NCBI GenBank assembly: GCA_963614595.1
Contig: CAVECL010000003.1
Location: 4,125 to 68,124 of the forward strand
Source: Parasutterella excrementihominis
GTDB taxonomy: Bacteria > Bacillota_I > Bacilli_A > RFN20 > CAG-826
Length of the DNA stretch: 64,000 nucleotides
Direction of reading: 5' to 3'
Within the stretch, counting starts at the first letter, position 1; the number at the start of each line of letters is the position of its first letter. The notes beneath the pieces are model-generated. The model was not told where the DNA came from. It saw only the letters and a program-made list of their open reading frames with translations, and did not search any database. The position numbers and the translations under genes are program-made. This document shows, piece by piece, positions 1 to 9,848 of this stretch.

Positions 1-2
1 AC

Positions 3-2765
3 AGCGACCTCTCGTATAGCGAGGGCAAGACGCTTTATTTCAAAGCCAGCGAATACAACGAGGAGAGCACCAACGGCAACTACGGCAACGAAACGGGCTC
101 CTTCCTCGACCAAGACCAGATCAAGGATCAGAACAAGGACAACCAGCTCGCGATCTACACGCTCGCCGACATCATCAAAAGCCGCCTCGACATCTGGAAC
201 CTTTCCGAATACGAGGTCAGCGTCCAGGGCTACGACACGATCGCCGTCAGCGTCCGCACCAAGACCGAAGGCGACACCCAATACACCTATCTTGAGAACT
301 ACCTCGCCTTCTCCGGAGGCGACTACGAGCTCGACGTCACCGACGAAAGCGTCGTCGAGGAATCCAGGAAAGACACCTGGGCGACGATGCTTGACGACAG
401 CGAAGACGCCTTCATCCAATCGATGGAGCTCAACGGCTACAACTTCCCCTTCGTCCTCGTCAAGATCCCCGATGCGTACAAAAGCGATTTCACCGACCTC
501 TTGAAGGCCGCCAACGACGCCAACTCCGCGAGCTCCTCCGATTCCTCCAGCGACAGCTCTTCGAGCAGCGAGGACGCCTGCAAGCTGGTCCTTTGGGCCA
601 ATAGGGTCGACGGCGACCTCTATAGCGACACCACCAGCGGCGGGGGGAGCAACATCAACCTCAGCAAGAAGATCCTCGCCGTCGAAAGCGTCTCCAACGA
701 CAACGCGGTCTATTATTACGACAGCGACGAAGACAAGGAGAACCCTTATCTCCGCCTCATCCCCGCGAGCAACGCCATCACCAGCGAAGGGAGCTACGAC
801 CCTTCTCACGCCCAGGAGGCCTATGACGCGGCGGTTTACCTCAAGAACATGTACAACGCCGAGCCGCTCACCATCACAAACGGCAGCAGCGAGCATCGCT
901 TCTCCCTCACCTTCACCTACAGCGAGTCCACCCCGGCGACCGTCGAAAGCCTTAATTATTATGGCGCTTGGTCGGTTTATCCCGCCTTGGGAGGCACCCT
1001 CATCGCGACTTTGGTGAGCGTTGCGCTCATGTGCGTCGTCCTCGCTTTGTTCAACCGCATCTTCTCCCTCGTCCAGATCGCTTCGATCCTCGGCACCTGC
1101 TACGCCGCCTTCATCACCTTCGTGAGCTTCGGCGCCCAGTTCAACGTCGCCGCTTGCCTGGGCTTGCTTGCCGTGGCTTGCGTCGCATCCTTCGGCGCGA
1201 TCTATTACGGGGCCGCGCTCAAAGATGAAATCTACAAGGGACGCACCCTCAAAAAAGCCAATCAGGAAGCCGCGAAGAAGACCACCTGGCCGATCATCGA
1301 CGCCTCGATCGTGGGGGTCATCCTCGGCGTCTTCGTCTATATCTTCGGCGGGGAGCTCGCCTCAAAATTCGGCACGATGCTCGTTTTGGGCTCCGTGTTC
1401 GCCTTCCTTGCCAATATCGCCCTCACCCGCATCGGCGGATGGCTGCTCGCCAATGACTCCTCGATGCAGACGAACTACGCCAAGCAGCTGAACATCGATT
1501 CCAGCAAGATCCCGGATCTGCTGAAGGAAGAGAAGCAGTCCTACTTCGGTCCTTACGAGAAGAAAGACTTCACCAAAGGCAAGAAGTGGCTCATGGGCAT
1601 CTTCGGATGCCTCATCACCGCGGGCGTCGCGACGATGATCGTCTTCGGGATCCAGAACGGCGGCAATATCTACAACACCTCCGCCTATACGGAGAAATCG
1701 ACGGTTTTGAGGATCGACGTGAAGTCGACCTCCAACGAGCAGATCTCGGTCTCCAGCCTATCCGGCGTTGAGAACATCTACGAGAAGGATGGCACGAGCG
1801 ACCTTCTCCACTGCGTCGAGATCGACGGCAAGAAGCTCGCCGATATGATCGATGGCGTGAATGACATCTCCCTCTCATCCACCCCTCACTCGGTCTACGA
1901 CAAAGACACGAAGATCACGACCTACTGGTATTACTATTCCATCAAGCTCAATAAGTACATCGATAAGGACGCCGAGCACGAAGTTGGCCTTTATGTCGGC
2001 GCCGCCTCGGGCTGGGAGAGGCAGAGCGGGCTGACGCTGGACGAGACCAACGCGGAGGTCAAGAACTACCTCGCCACCGGATTCGGCAGCGGCGTGGACG
2101 AAGAGGCCATTCTCGTGAGCTTCGCCACCGTCTCCCCGGAGCTCGGCCAGCCTTACGTCGACAAGATCGCCCTCTCCGTTGGGGTCGCCCTTGCCGTCAT
2201 GCTCGTCTACTTCATGATCCGCTTCCGTCCCTCGCGCGGCATCGCCGCGACGATCGGAGGGGCGCTCGTGTCCTATAGCGCCATGGCCTTCTTCGTCTTC
2301 ACGCGCATCGCCGTGACCCCGCTTGTGAGCCTTGGCGTCCTCGCCGCCTGCCTCCTCACCATGCTCCTCTCCCTTTTCGCCCTCAACAAGGAGAAAGAGA
2401 TTTACAAGGAGAGCAGAGAGAAGGAGAAGAACAACTTCGCCTTCCGCTCGGATTGCCTCAACAAGGCGGTTTCCCGCTCGGCATCGAGCTTCTTCTTGCT
2501 CCTCATGATCGCCTCTTACGGGGGAATCGCCTTCTTCGGCTTCGGGCCGAGGAGCTTCATGATGATCTATCTTGGGCTCATCATGGGCATCCTCTTCCTC
2601 GGGGCCTATGACCTTGGATTGCTCTCTCCGATCGCGGTCTTCTTCGCGAAGCTCTTCTCGAAGATCAAGTTCAAGCCCAGGAAGAAGAGCGTCAAGAAAG
2701 GCGCGGCTCTCAAGAAGAAGAGCAATGAGCCGGAAGAGGCCATCTTCATCGGGATCAACGACTGA
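3..2765 (+). CDS. secDF: SecDF fusion protein-export membrane protein (5' end cut by window edge)
   Basis: The frame of track ORF 387..2765 stays open back to nt 3. A SecD head-like segment (IIKSRLDIWNLSEYEVSVQGYDTIAVSV) is followed by two TM-helix blocks with SecD/SecF-like loops (ALKDEIYKGRTLKKA...IIDASIVGV; MLVYFMIRFRPSRG). Order secDF-recJ-relA-hisS-aspS matches Bacillus. Confidence 0.8.
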   Translation, partial: SDLSYSEGKTLYFKASEYNEESTNGNYGNETGSFLDQDQIKDQNKDNQLAIYTLADIIKSRLDIWNLSEYEVSVQGYDTIAVSVRTKTEGDTQYTYLENYLAFSGGDYELDVTDESVVEESRKDTWATMLDDSEDAFIQSMELNGYNFPFVLVKIPDAYKSDFTDLLKAANDANSASSSDSSSDSSSSSEDACKLVLWANRVDGDLYSDTTSGGGSNINLSKKILAVESVSNDNAVYYYDSDEDKENPYLRLIPASNAITSEGSYDPSHAQEAYDAAVYLKNMYNAEPLTITNGSSEHRFSLTFTYSESTPATVESLNYYGAWSVYPALGGTLIATLVSVALMCVVLALFNRIFSLVQIASILGTCYAAFITFVSFGAQFNVAACLGLLAVACVASFGAIYYGAALKDEIYKGRTLKKANQEAAKKTTWPIIDASIVGVILGVFVYIFGGELASKFGTMLVLGSVFAFLANIALTRIGGWLLANDSSMQTNYAKQLNIDSSKIPDLLKEEKQSYFGPYEKKDFTKGKKWLMGIFGCLITAGVATMIVFGIQNGGNIYNTSAYTEKSTVLRIDVKSTSNEQISVSSLSGVENIYEKDGTSDLLHCVEIDGKKLADMIDGVNDISLSSTPHSVYDKDTKITTYWYYYSIKLNKYIDKDAEHEVGLYVGAASGWERQSGLTLDETNAEVKNYLATGFGSGVDEEAILVSFATVSPELGQPYVDKIALSVGVALAVMLVYFMIRFRPSRGIAATIGGALVSYSAMAFFVFTRIAVTPLVSLGVLAACLLTMLLSLFALNKEKEIYKESREKEKNNFAFRSDCLNKAVSRSASSFFLLLMIASYGGIAFFGFGPRSFMMIYLGLIMGILFLGAYDLGLLSPIAVFFAKLFSKIKFKPRKKSVKKGAALKKKSNEPEEAIFIGIND

Positions 2766-4330
2766 TGGAAAGCCTAGAGGAACGCCTGAAACATTATTAT
2801 TCCCTGGATGAGGAGAGTTTCGCGGAGCTTATCCGCGAGCCCTCCTCTCTTTCTTTTCCAGACATCTCAGGCAACGAGGCGGTGAAAAAGGCGAAATCCC
2901 GCATCGAGCAGTCGATAGAGAAGAAAGAGAAGGTCCTCCTTTACGGAGATTACGACACGGATGGGATCCTCGGGACCTCCATCTTCCATAACGCGCTTCT
3001 AGAGAGGGGGATGGACGCCTCTTACTTCATCCCAAGCCGTTACAGCGATGGCTATGGGCTCACCTTGGAGAATGCCAAAAAGATCGCTGATAGCGCTTTT
3101 TCCCTCGTGATCCTCATCGATAACGGCGTCAGCTGCCTTGAGGAGGTGGGCTACCTCAGAAGCAAAGGCGTCGATGTGCTGATTTTCGATCATCATGAGC
3201 TCCCTGAGAAGCTGCCCGATTCCCTCGCTTTGATCCATCCCATTCCCTTGGGGATAGGGAAAGCGGGGGGCTTCAACATTTCCGCGGGCTTCGTGAGCTA
3301 CCTTTTCTCCCTTGTTCTGACGGGCCGGGAAGATCGTTACCGGAGAAGCCTCGCGGGCATCACGACCTTAAGCGACATGATGCCCATGAAAGGGATGAAC
3401 CGCACCTTGGTGGCTCTATTGCTGAGGGACCTAAGGAAAGAGAAATACCCTGAGATCACCCTGCTTTGCGACAAAAAGCGGATCGACGAGAAGGTTCTTG
3501 GGATGCTGGTCATCCCCTCGATCAACGCCTTGGGCAGAATGGAAGAAGGGCATAAAGCCAGGCAGGCCGTCTCCTATTTTAGCTATAGGGAAGCGAATAA
3601 GAGGGTTGCTCTGGCGAATTGGATGAAGAAGGTCAACGAAGAGAGGAAAGCCCTGACCAAAGAGGCCGGCGCCTTGGTGAGATATCAGCCTGGGGCGCCT
3701 GGGATCGTGGCCAATCTCCCTCTCAAAGAGGGGCTTAACGGCTTGCTGGCCAACAAGCTCATGAAGCAATACAAGGTGCCGGTTGCCATATTCTCCTCTT
3801 CCTACGCCGATCCAAACGTCTTGGTGGGCTCGATCCGGAGCGAAGAGGGCTTCGACGTGCTTGAATGCATGAAAACCTTGGCGCCTTATTGCCTTCGCTT
3901 CGGCGGGCATAGCCACGCGGGAGGGATAGCGATCCTGAAGCAGGATTACCCTTCTTTCTCGAAGGTCTTTTTGGCCTATTGCAGGGAGCATCCCTTCACG
4001 AAGGAGGAGCCTCCGGCGATCCCTTTGCTTTTAAGCGAGGCGACGATGGATTCCTTCAGGACGATCCGGAAATTCGGGCCTTTTGGCGAGGAGCACGAAG
4101 AGCCTTTGTTCATGCTGAGCGGCCTCCCCACGGACAGTTTCCAATACGGGAAGGAGGGGAAGTGTCTTTTGACTCCTCTTGGCTACAACGTGCGCCTAGT
4201 CGATTTCGAGCACGGGAAAAAGGATTTCGCCCAAAAGGAGAAAGCCTCTTTCTACGTCCGTTTCGAGATCAACGAATTCAGGGGAAACGCCTCTTTGGAG
4301 CTCAGAGTGGTCTCCACCCCTAACAAATAG
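2765..4330 (+). CDS. recJ: Single-stranded-DNA-specific exonuclease RecJ (DHH family)
   Basis: DHH-family motifs LLYGDYDTDGILGTS, LIDNG, IFDHHELP and C-terminal GGHSHAGG. The ATG overlaps the secDF TGA by 1 nt. Synteny supports the call. Confidence 0.85.
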   Translation: MESLEERLKHYYSLDEESFAELIREPSSLSFPDISGNEAVKKAKSRIEQSIEKKEKVLLYGDYDTDGILGTSIFHNALLERGMDASYFIPSRYSDGYGLTLENAKKIADSAFSLVILIDNGVSCLEEVGYLRSKGVDVLIFDHHELPEKLPDSLALIHPIPLGIGKAGGFNISAGFVSYLFSLVLTGREDRYRRSLAGITTLSDMMPMKGMNRTLVALLLRDLRKEKYPEITLLCDKKRIDEKVLGMLVIPSINALGRMEEGHKARQAVSYFSYREANKRVALANWMKKVNEERKALTKEAGALVRYQPGAPGIVANLPLKEGLNGLLANKLMKQYKVPVAIFSSSYADPNVLVGSIRSEEGFDVLECMKTLAPYCLRFGGHSHAGGIAILKQDYPSFSKVFLAYCREHPFTKEEPPAIPLLLSEATMDSFRTIRKFGPFGEEHEEPLFMLSGLPTDSFQYGKEGKCLLTPLGYNVRLVDFEHGKKDFAQKEKASFYVRFEINEFRGNASLELRVVSTPNK

Positions 4331-4402
4331 AGAAAGTAGGAATATACTACCCCCATGGAAAAATCCGCCGCGAAACCATTGCCCCCAAACGGAGGCTACC
4401 CC

Positions 4403-6592
4403 ATGCACAGCTACGAGGATCTGAAGGCGCTTTTCGCGACCTACATCAGAAACCCCGATGACCAGAAGCTCATCTATGACGCCTATCTTCTCGCCAAGGA
4501 GAAGCACGGGAACCAATACAGGAAATCAGGGGAGCCTTACATCCACCATCCTCTGGAGGTGGCCTATATCTGCGCCCAGCTCCAGTCCGGGCCGGCGACC
4601 CTAGCCTCGGCCCTTCTTCATGACGTGGTGGAAGATACCGACGTCACCATCGAGGAAATACAGCAAAGATTCGGCCCAGACGTGAGGCTCATCGTCGATT
4701 CGCTGACGAAGATTCAGCGCATGAAGCTCTCCCACATGAGCAAAGAGGATTTCGAGGCCGAAGACCATCGGAAGATCTTCTTGGGCATGGCGCATGACGT
4801 GAGGGTCATCATCGTGAAGCTCGCGGACCGGCTTCATAACCTGAGGACTTTGGATTCCCTCTCCCCCGACCGCCAGAAAGCCCTCGCGCAGGAGACGCTT
4901 GACGTCTTCACCCCGATCGCCCATCGCTTGGGCATCTACACGATGCAAAGCGAGTTGGAAGACCTCTCCCTGAAATACCTTGAGCCGGAGACCTATCAGA
5001 AGATCAAGAAGCTCGTCGATGATCGCTTCGAGAACCGCAAAGGCGCTTTGGAACAGCTTAAGAAGCGCATCGCCGACCAGCTTTACGAGCATGGCATCCC
5101 CTTTCGGATGGAGAGCAGGGTCAAGTCAATTTACTCCATATATAAGAAGATGTATAAGAAGGGTTATTCCTTCGATGAGATTTACGATATCCTAGCGATT
5201 CGAGTAATCACAAAGACGGTCGTCAATTGCTATGAGATCCTCGGGATGATCCATACGACCTATACGCCAATCCCAGGCCGTTTCAAGGATTACATCGCGA
5301 TGCCCAAGCCTAACCTCTATCAGTCGCTTCATACCTCGATCGTGGCGGGGGATGGCAACGTGTACGAGGTTCAGATCCGAACCGAGGAGATGGACCAGAT
5401 CGCCGAGACCGGCGTCGCCGCCCACTGGAAATACAAAGAGGGCAGCCATTACAACCCGAGGGAAGAGCAGAAGGAAATCGAGAGCCAGCTCCATTGGTTC
5501 CGCGATTTCGTGACCCTTTCCGGCAACGAGTCCGGCACCGCGAAGGAATACATGGCGAGCCTCACGAACGACATCTTCGGGGCGAACGTCTACGTGTTCA
5601 CTCCCCTTGGCAAAGTCGTCGACCTTCCTACCGGGGCCACGACCTTGGATTTCGCTTATAAAATCCATACGAAAGTAGGCGATGCGGCGGTGGGGGCCAT
5701 CGTCAATGGCGCCCTCGTCCCTTTGAACACCGTCCTCAAAACCGGCGACATCTGCGAGATCAAAACCTCCGAAAAATCGACGGGGCCGAACGATTCCTGG
5801 CTAGAGATCGCCAAAACCAGCTCAGCGAGGAACCATATCAGAAGAGCCCTTCAGAAGAAGGATGCCTCGCTTTTGAAAGACGAGAAGATCAAGCAGGGGA
5901 AAGCCTCGTTGCTCGATGGCTTCAAGCTGCGCGGCTTCGAGGAAGAAGAGGCGCTCAAAATCCTTGGCGAGAACTTCGGGAAGCTCAACAACGAATTCCA
6001 TTGCGAGAATTTGGACGACCTCTATGTGAGCGTCTCCACGCGCAACCCGACGCCGAGCGCCGTGCTTGACGTTCTTCGCATCAAGAAAAAAGTGATCCAG
6101 AAATTGGGGAAAAGGAAATCGCCGCCCCAAAAAGAGGCGGGTTCCTCTTGCCCCGTCGAGGTGCCTGGAGGCATCACGGGGCTGGCCGTCACCCTCGGCC
6201 AATGCTGCACGCCGATCCCAGGAGACGCGATCGTAGGCTACATCACCAGAGGCAAAGGCATCACGGTCCATCGCAGCAACTGCCCGAACATCGCCCACGA
6301 GAAAGCCCGCCTCATCGATTTGAAGTGGAAGGATGACCTCGGAGCGGGCCATTACCCCGTCGACTTGGAGATCTTCGCAAACGACAGGGCGAATCTGGTC
6401 GCGGATATCCTTCAGGCGATCAGCGCCAAAGGCATCGTCACAAGCGATCTCCGCTCCCATTTGGTGACCGAGACCATGAACGACGTCATCAACGTCACCA
6501 TCTCCGTCACCGATTCCAAGAGCCTCGACGACCTTTTCGCGGTCCTTCTCGGCGTGAAAGGGGTTTTCTCGGTTTCCCGCTTGATTCATTAG
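4403..6592 (+). CDS. relA: Bifunctional (p)ppGpp synthetase/hydrolase RelA/SpoT (Rel)
   Basis: HD hydrolase motifs (HHPLEVA, LLHDVVEDT), a synthetase region (YDILAIRVI, YQSLHTSI), a TGS segment (VYVFTPLGKVVDLPTGATTLDFAY) and an ACT-like C-terminus. Start set at ATG 4403, with GGAGG 7 nt upstream. The track ORF starts at ATG 4355, which is a possible alternative. Confidence 0.9.
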   Translation: MHSYEDLKALFATYIRNPDDQKLIYDAYLLAKEKHGNQYRKSGEPYIHHPLEVAYICAQLQSGPATLASALLHDVVEDTDVTIEEIQQRFGPDVRLIVDSLTKIQRMKLSHMSKEDFEAEDHRKIFLGMAHDVRVIIVKLADRLHNLRTLDSLSPDRQKALAQETLDVFTPIAHRLGIYTMQSELEDLSLKYLEPETYQKIKKLVDDRFENRKGALEQLKKRIADQLYEHGIPFRMESRVKSIYSIYKKMYKKGYSFDEIYDILAIRVITKTVVNCYEILGMIHTTYTPIPGRFKDYIAMPKPNLYQSLHTSIVAGDGNVYEVQIRTEEMDQIAETGVAAHWKYKEGSHYNPREEQKEIESQLHWFRDFVTLSGNESGTAKEYMASLTNDIFGANVYVFTPLGKVVDLPTGATTLDFAYKIHTKVGDAAVGAIVNGALVPLNTVLKTGDICEIKTSEKSTGPNDSWLEIAKTSSARNHIRRALQKKDASLLKDEKIKQGKASLLDGFKLRGFEEEEALKILGENFGKLNNEFHCENLDDLYVSVSTRNPTPSAVLDVLRIKKKVIQKLGKRKSPPQKEAGSSCPVEVPGGITGLAVTLGQCCTPIPGDAIVGYITRGKGITVHRSNCPNIAHEKARLIDLKWKDDLGAGHYPVDLEIFANDRANLVADILQAISAKGIVTSDLRSHLVTETMNDVINVTISVTDSKSLDDLFAVLLGVKGVFSVSRLIH

Positions 6593-6600
6593 GCCTTTCG

Positions 6601-6629
6601 TTGAAGAAAGCGCGCGCCAGTTCTATAAT
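6601..6629 (+). promoter_or_regulatory. Putative sigma-A promoter of hisS-aspS
   Basis: TTGAAG (6601-6606), 17-nt spacer, TATAAT (6624-6629). RBS AAAGGAG at 6643-6649. Confidence 0.55.
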
Positions 6630-6657
6630 TTGACGCGAATCGAAAGGAGCTTTCATC

Positions 6658-8076
6658 ATGGCTTACCAAGGCATCAAAGGCACGCACGACCTCTATGGGG
6701 ACGAGGCGGACGCCTACTCTTACATCCAAAACGTTTTCTGCGCCGTAGCCGAGCTTTACGGCTATTCCAAAATCGAGACCCCGATCTTGGAATACACCGA
6801 GGTTTTCGACCGCTCGACAGGCGAATCCAGCGACGTCGTGCGCAAGGAGATGTACACCTTCCTCGACAAGGGGAACCGCTCTTTGACCCTCCGCCCCGAA
6901 GGGACGGCGGGAGTCATCCGCTCGATCGTCGAGCATAAGCTCTACGCCACAGGCGATCTTCCTTTGAAGGTTTACTACCACGGGCCGGTCTTCCGCTACG
7001 AAAGGCCGCAATTGGGCAGGTACCGCCAGTTCATCCAGGCCGGCGTGGAAGCGGTTGGGCAAGACAGCGCGAGGCTCGACGCCGAGTGCATCTGCCTAGC
7101 GATGGATGTGCTTTCCTATCTTGGGTTCGACCACCTCAAAGTCAAAATAAACACGCTTGGCGACGCCACTAGCAGAAGCGCCTACAAAGAGGCGCTCCGC
7201 GCTTTCTTCGCCTCGAAAATCGACGCCATGTGCGAGGATTGCAAGCAGAGGCTGCTCCTCAACCCGATGAGGATCCTCGACTGCAAAGTCCCCGAAGACC
7301 AAGAGATCGTCAAAGACGCGCCGAAGATGAAGGATTATCTCTCCGAGGAGGCGAGCAAGCGCTTCTACCAGACGCTTTCCATCATCAACGACCAGGAAAT
7401 CGAGTATGAGATCGACGATTCGCTCGTCAGGGGCCTAGATTATTACGGCCAGGTTGTCTTCGAGGTCCACGCGATCTCGAAAGAGGGCAAGGACTACGGG
7501 GCGCTTCTAGGCGGAGGCCACTATGACGGCATGATGGCTAATTTCAACGGCCCGAAGGAGAATGATTCCGGCGTCGGCTTCGCTCTTGGCGTTGAGCGCA
7601 TCTATTCCCTCATGAAGGACAATCTCATGCTGGGCGACATCGCCCATGGCTTGGACATCTACATGATGCCGGTGGGGGAGGAGAGCAAAGACGACTGCTT
7701 CGCCTTGTCTCAGGCTCTCCGCAGGGAAGGCTATTCCGTCGAGATGCCTTTCTCTAGCGGAAAGCTAGGCTCGCTTTTCAAGAAAGCGGTCAGAGCGAAC
7801 GCGAAATTCGCGATCATCGCCGGCAAAGACGACCTCGATCAGAACCTCGTCCAAGTCAAAAACCTCGCCACGCAAGAGCAGATTGCGGTGGAGATCGAGG
7901 CCCTTGGCCCCTATCTCGACGAGGAATTCGCCAAAATGGAAGACCATCATCACCATGATGGCTGCTGCTGCCACGGGCAGGAAGAAGGCGAAGAGCACGA
8001 CTGCTGCTGCGCCCATCGCCATGAAGAGGAACGCGAAGAAGACGGGCATCATTGCTGCTGCCACGATAAGGAGTGA
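6658..8076 (+). CDS. hisS: Histidyl-tRNA synthetase with a 45-aa His/Cys/Glu-rich C-terminal tail
   Basis: Class II HisRS signatures (GTHDLYGDE, MYTFLDKGNRSLTLRPEGTAGVIR, FRYERPQLGRYRQF, GGGHYDG, GFALGVERI). AAAGGAG sits 8 nt upstream of the ATG. Tail: EDHHHHDGCCCHGQEEGEEHDCCCAHRHEEEREEDGHHCCCHDKE. Confidence 0.92.
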   Translation: MAYQGIKGTHDLYGDEADAYSYIQNVFCAVAELYGYSKIETPILEYTEVFDRSTGESSDVVRKEMYTFLDKGNRSLTLRPEGTAGVIRSIVEHKLYATGDLPLKVYYHGPVFRYERPQLGRYRQFIQAGVEAVGQDSARLDAECICLAMDVLSYLGFDHLKVKINTLGDATSRSAYKEALRAFFASKIDAMCEDCKQRLLLNPMRILDCKVPEDQEIVKDAPKMKDYLSEEASKRFYQTLSIINDQEIEYEIDDSLVRGLDYYGQVVFEVHAISKEGKDYGALLGGGHYDGMMANFNGPKENDSGVGFALGVERIYSLMKDNLMLGDIAHGLDIYMMPVGEESKDDCFALSQALRREGYSVEMPFSSGKLGSLFKKAVRANAKFAIIAGKDDLDQNLVQVKNLATQEQIAVEIEALGPYLDEEFAKMEDHHHHDGCCCHGQEEGEEHDCCCAHRHEEEREEDGHHCCCHDKE

Positions 8077-8079
8077 ATT

Positions 8080-9813
8080 ATGGAACGCACCATTTATAAC
8101 GGTTTGCTAAGAAAAGAGCACGTCGGGCAAAGCGTCATCCTCTGCGGCTGGGCCGCGAAGGTGAGGAAGCTCGGCGGCATCGAGTTTATCGACCTCCGCG
8201 ATTCGACGGGGATCGTTCAGCTCACCGTCAATGACCCTGACTCCATCCCAGACGTCAGGAACGAATACGTCCTGCAGGTCAAAGGCGTGGTGGGGCTTAA
8301 GAAAGACCCCAACCCCTCTTTGCCCACAGGCGAAGTCGAAATCATCGTCTCCAGCATCGCCGTTTTGAACAAAGCCGAGACGACTCCTTTCATCATCGCC
8401 GACAAGACCGACGCCCTTGAGGAGACGCGCCTTCAGTACCGCTATCTCGACATACGCCGGCCCTATATCCTGAACAAGCTCAAAGCCCGAGCCAAAATCG
8501 TGAAGGATTTCCACGAATATTTCGACTCCAAGGGCTTCTTGGAGGTCGATACGCCGGCTTTGAACGTCTCTTCGCCGGAAGGGGCGAAGGAATATCTCGT
8601 TCCAAGCAGGGTCCATCACGGCTGCTTCTACGCCCTCCCCCAATCCCCGCAGCTTTGGAAACAGCTTCTCATGATCGGAGGGGTGGAGCGTTATTATCAG
8701 GTCGCGAAATGCTTCCGCGACGAGGACCTGCGCGCCGATAGGCAGCCTGAGTTCACCCAGCTTGACCTTGAATGCTCTTTCTTGGACCAAGACCAGATAC
8801 TTTCCCTGATGGAAGGTTTCCTCGCCAAAATCTTCAAGGACGTCGCGGGTTACGAGGTTCCCTTGCCGCTGCGGCGAATCCCTTTCTGGGAAGCCATGGA
8901 CACCTACGGCAGCGACAAGCCGGACACTCGCTATGGGCTAATCATCCATGACCTCATGCCCCTTATGGGCGACATCGCCTTCAAGGGATTTGAAAATCAG
9001 AGATACATCAAGGGCATCATCGTGCCGGGGCAGGGGAAGGAAACCTCCCGCAAGGTGCTTGATGAGCTCACCGCCGAAGCCAGGAAATTCAATCTCAAAG
9101 GGGTGCTTTCCCTTAAGATAGAGGAAGGCGCTCTCGCGGGTTCGTTCGCCAAATTCGTCGACGATGCGCACAAAAGCGCGATCGTGAAGACGCTTGGGCT
9201 GAAGGAAGATGACCTTCTCCTCTTCGCCTCCAGCTCCTCTAGAAGGGACATCGACTCCGGTTTGGGGGCGCTCCGCACCCTCTTCGCCAAGAAGCTCGGC
9301 CTCATTAAGCCAGGAACCTACGACCTCCTTTGGGTCGTCGACTTCCCGATGTTCACCCCCGTGGAAGGGGAGGAAGGCAAATATGTGGCTGAGCATCATC
9401 CCTTCACCCGTCCTCGCGACGAGGATTTGCCCTTATTGGACACGAAGCCGGAAGAAGTGCTCGCTTACGCTTACGACATCGTCATCAACGGCTACGAAGC
9501 CGGCGGAGGCACTTTGAGGATCTACGACCACGACATCCAGTGGAAGATCTTCAAACTCCTCGGCCTAAGCGACGCTGACGTCGCCAAGAAGTTCGGCTGG
9601 TTCATCGACGCCTTCAAGTATGGCGCGCCCCCGCATGGCGGATTGGCCTTCGGGCTTGACCGCCTGGCCATGATTCTCACAGGCACGGACAACATCCGCG
9701 ACGTCGAGGCCTTCCCGAAGAACCTCCAGGCAAGCGACCCGCTCTCCCATGCGCCCCAGCCAGTGACCGACGAGCAATTAGAATCCGTCGCGGTCAAAGT
9801 GGTGGAAGACTGA
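8080..9813 (+). CDS. aspS: Aspartyl-tRNA synthetase
   Basis: N-terminal OB-fold region, class II motif 2 FRDEDLRADRQPEFTQLD and motif 3 GGLAFGLDRLAM. Starts 3 nt after the hisS stop. Confidence 0.93.
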   Translation: MERTIYNGLLRKEHVGQSVILCGWAAKVRKLGGIEFIDLRDSTGIVQLTVNDPDSIPDVRNEYVLQVKGVVGLKKDPNPSLPTGEVEIIVSSIAVLNKAETTPFIIADKTDALEETRLQYRYLDIRRPYILNKLKARAKIVKDFHEYFDSKGFLEVDTPALNVSSPEGAKEYLVPSRVHHGCFYALPQSPQLWKQLLMIGGVERYYQVAKCFRDEDLRADRQPEFTQLDLECSFLDQDQILSLMEGFLAKIFKDVAGYEVPLPLRRIPFWEAMDTYGSDKPDTRYGLIIHDLMPLMGDIAFKGFENQRYIKGIIVPGQGKETSRKVLDELTAEARKFNLKGVLSLKIEEGALAGSFAKFVDDAHKSAIVKTLGLKEDDLLLFASSSSRRDIDSGLGALRTLFAKKLGLIKPGTYDLLWVVDFPMFTPVEGEEGKYVAEHHPFTRPRDEDLPLLDTKPEEVLAYAYDIVINGYEAGGGTLRIYDHDIQWKIFKLLGLSDADVAKKFGWFIDAFKYGAPPHGGLAFGLDRLAMILTGTDNIRDVEAFPKNLQASDPLSHAPQPVTDEQLESVAVKVVED

Positions 9814-9814
9814 T

Positions 9815-9833
9815 TTATATACGTAGTATATAA
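9815..9833. repeat. AT-only inverted repeat TTATATAC-N3-GTATATAA
   Basis: 8-bp arms with a 3-nt spacer, directly after the aspS stop. Confidence 0.7.
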
Positions 9834-9848
9834 GAACAACTAATCTTT

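Noticed and set aside
526-573. A Ser/Asp-rich low-complexity stretch (SASSSDSSSDSSSSSED) in the SecDF periplasmic region.
   Set aside because: This is a simple low-complexity linker within a continuous ORF. It is not a repeat array or a contingency locus.
4355-4402. A longer N-terminus for RelA, and similar 5' extensions in the track ORFs of yqeH, the MBL hydrolase, ispH, deoC, mtaB and rpsU.
   Set aside because: In most of these genes an internal ATG has a much better RBS, an ATGA coupling with the upstream gene, or both. The extensions either overlap neighbouring genes or terminators or add non-conserved residues.
6593-6657. Looked for T-box leaders upstream of hisS/aspS and glyQS (45639-45718), and for a TPP riboswitch upstream of the SBP gene (19517-19589).
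   Set aside because: The leaders are only about 65-80 nt, too short for a T-box. They lack the T-box or TPP core sequences and contain just a promoter and an RBS.
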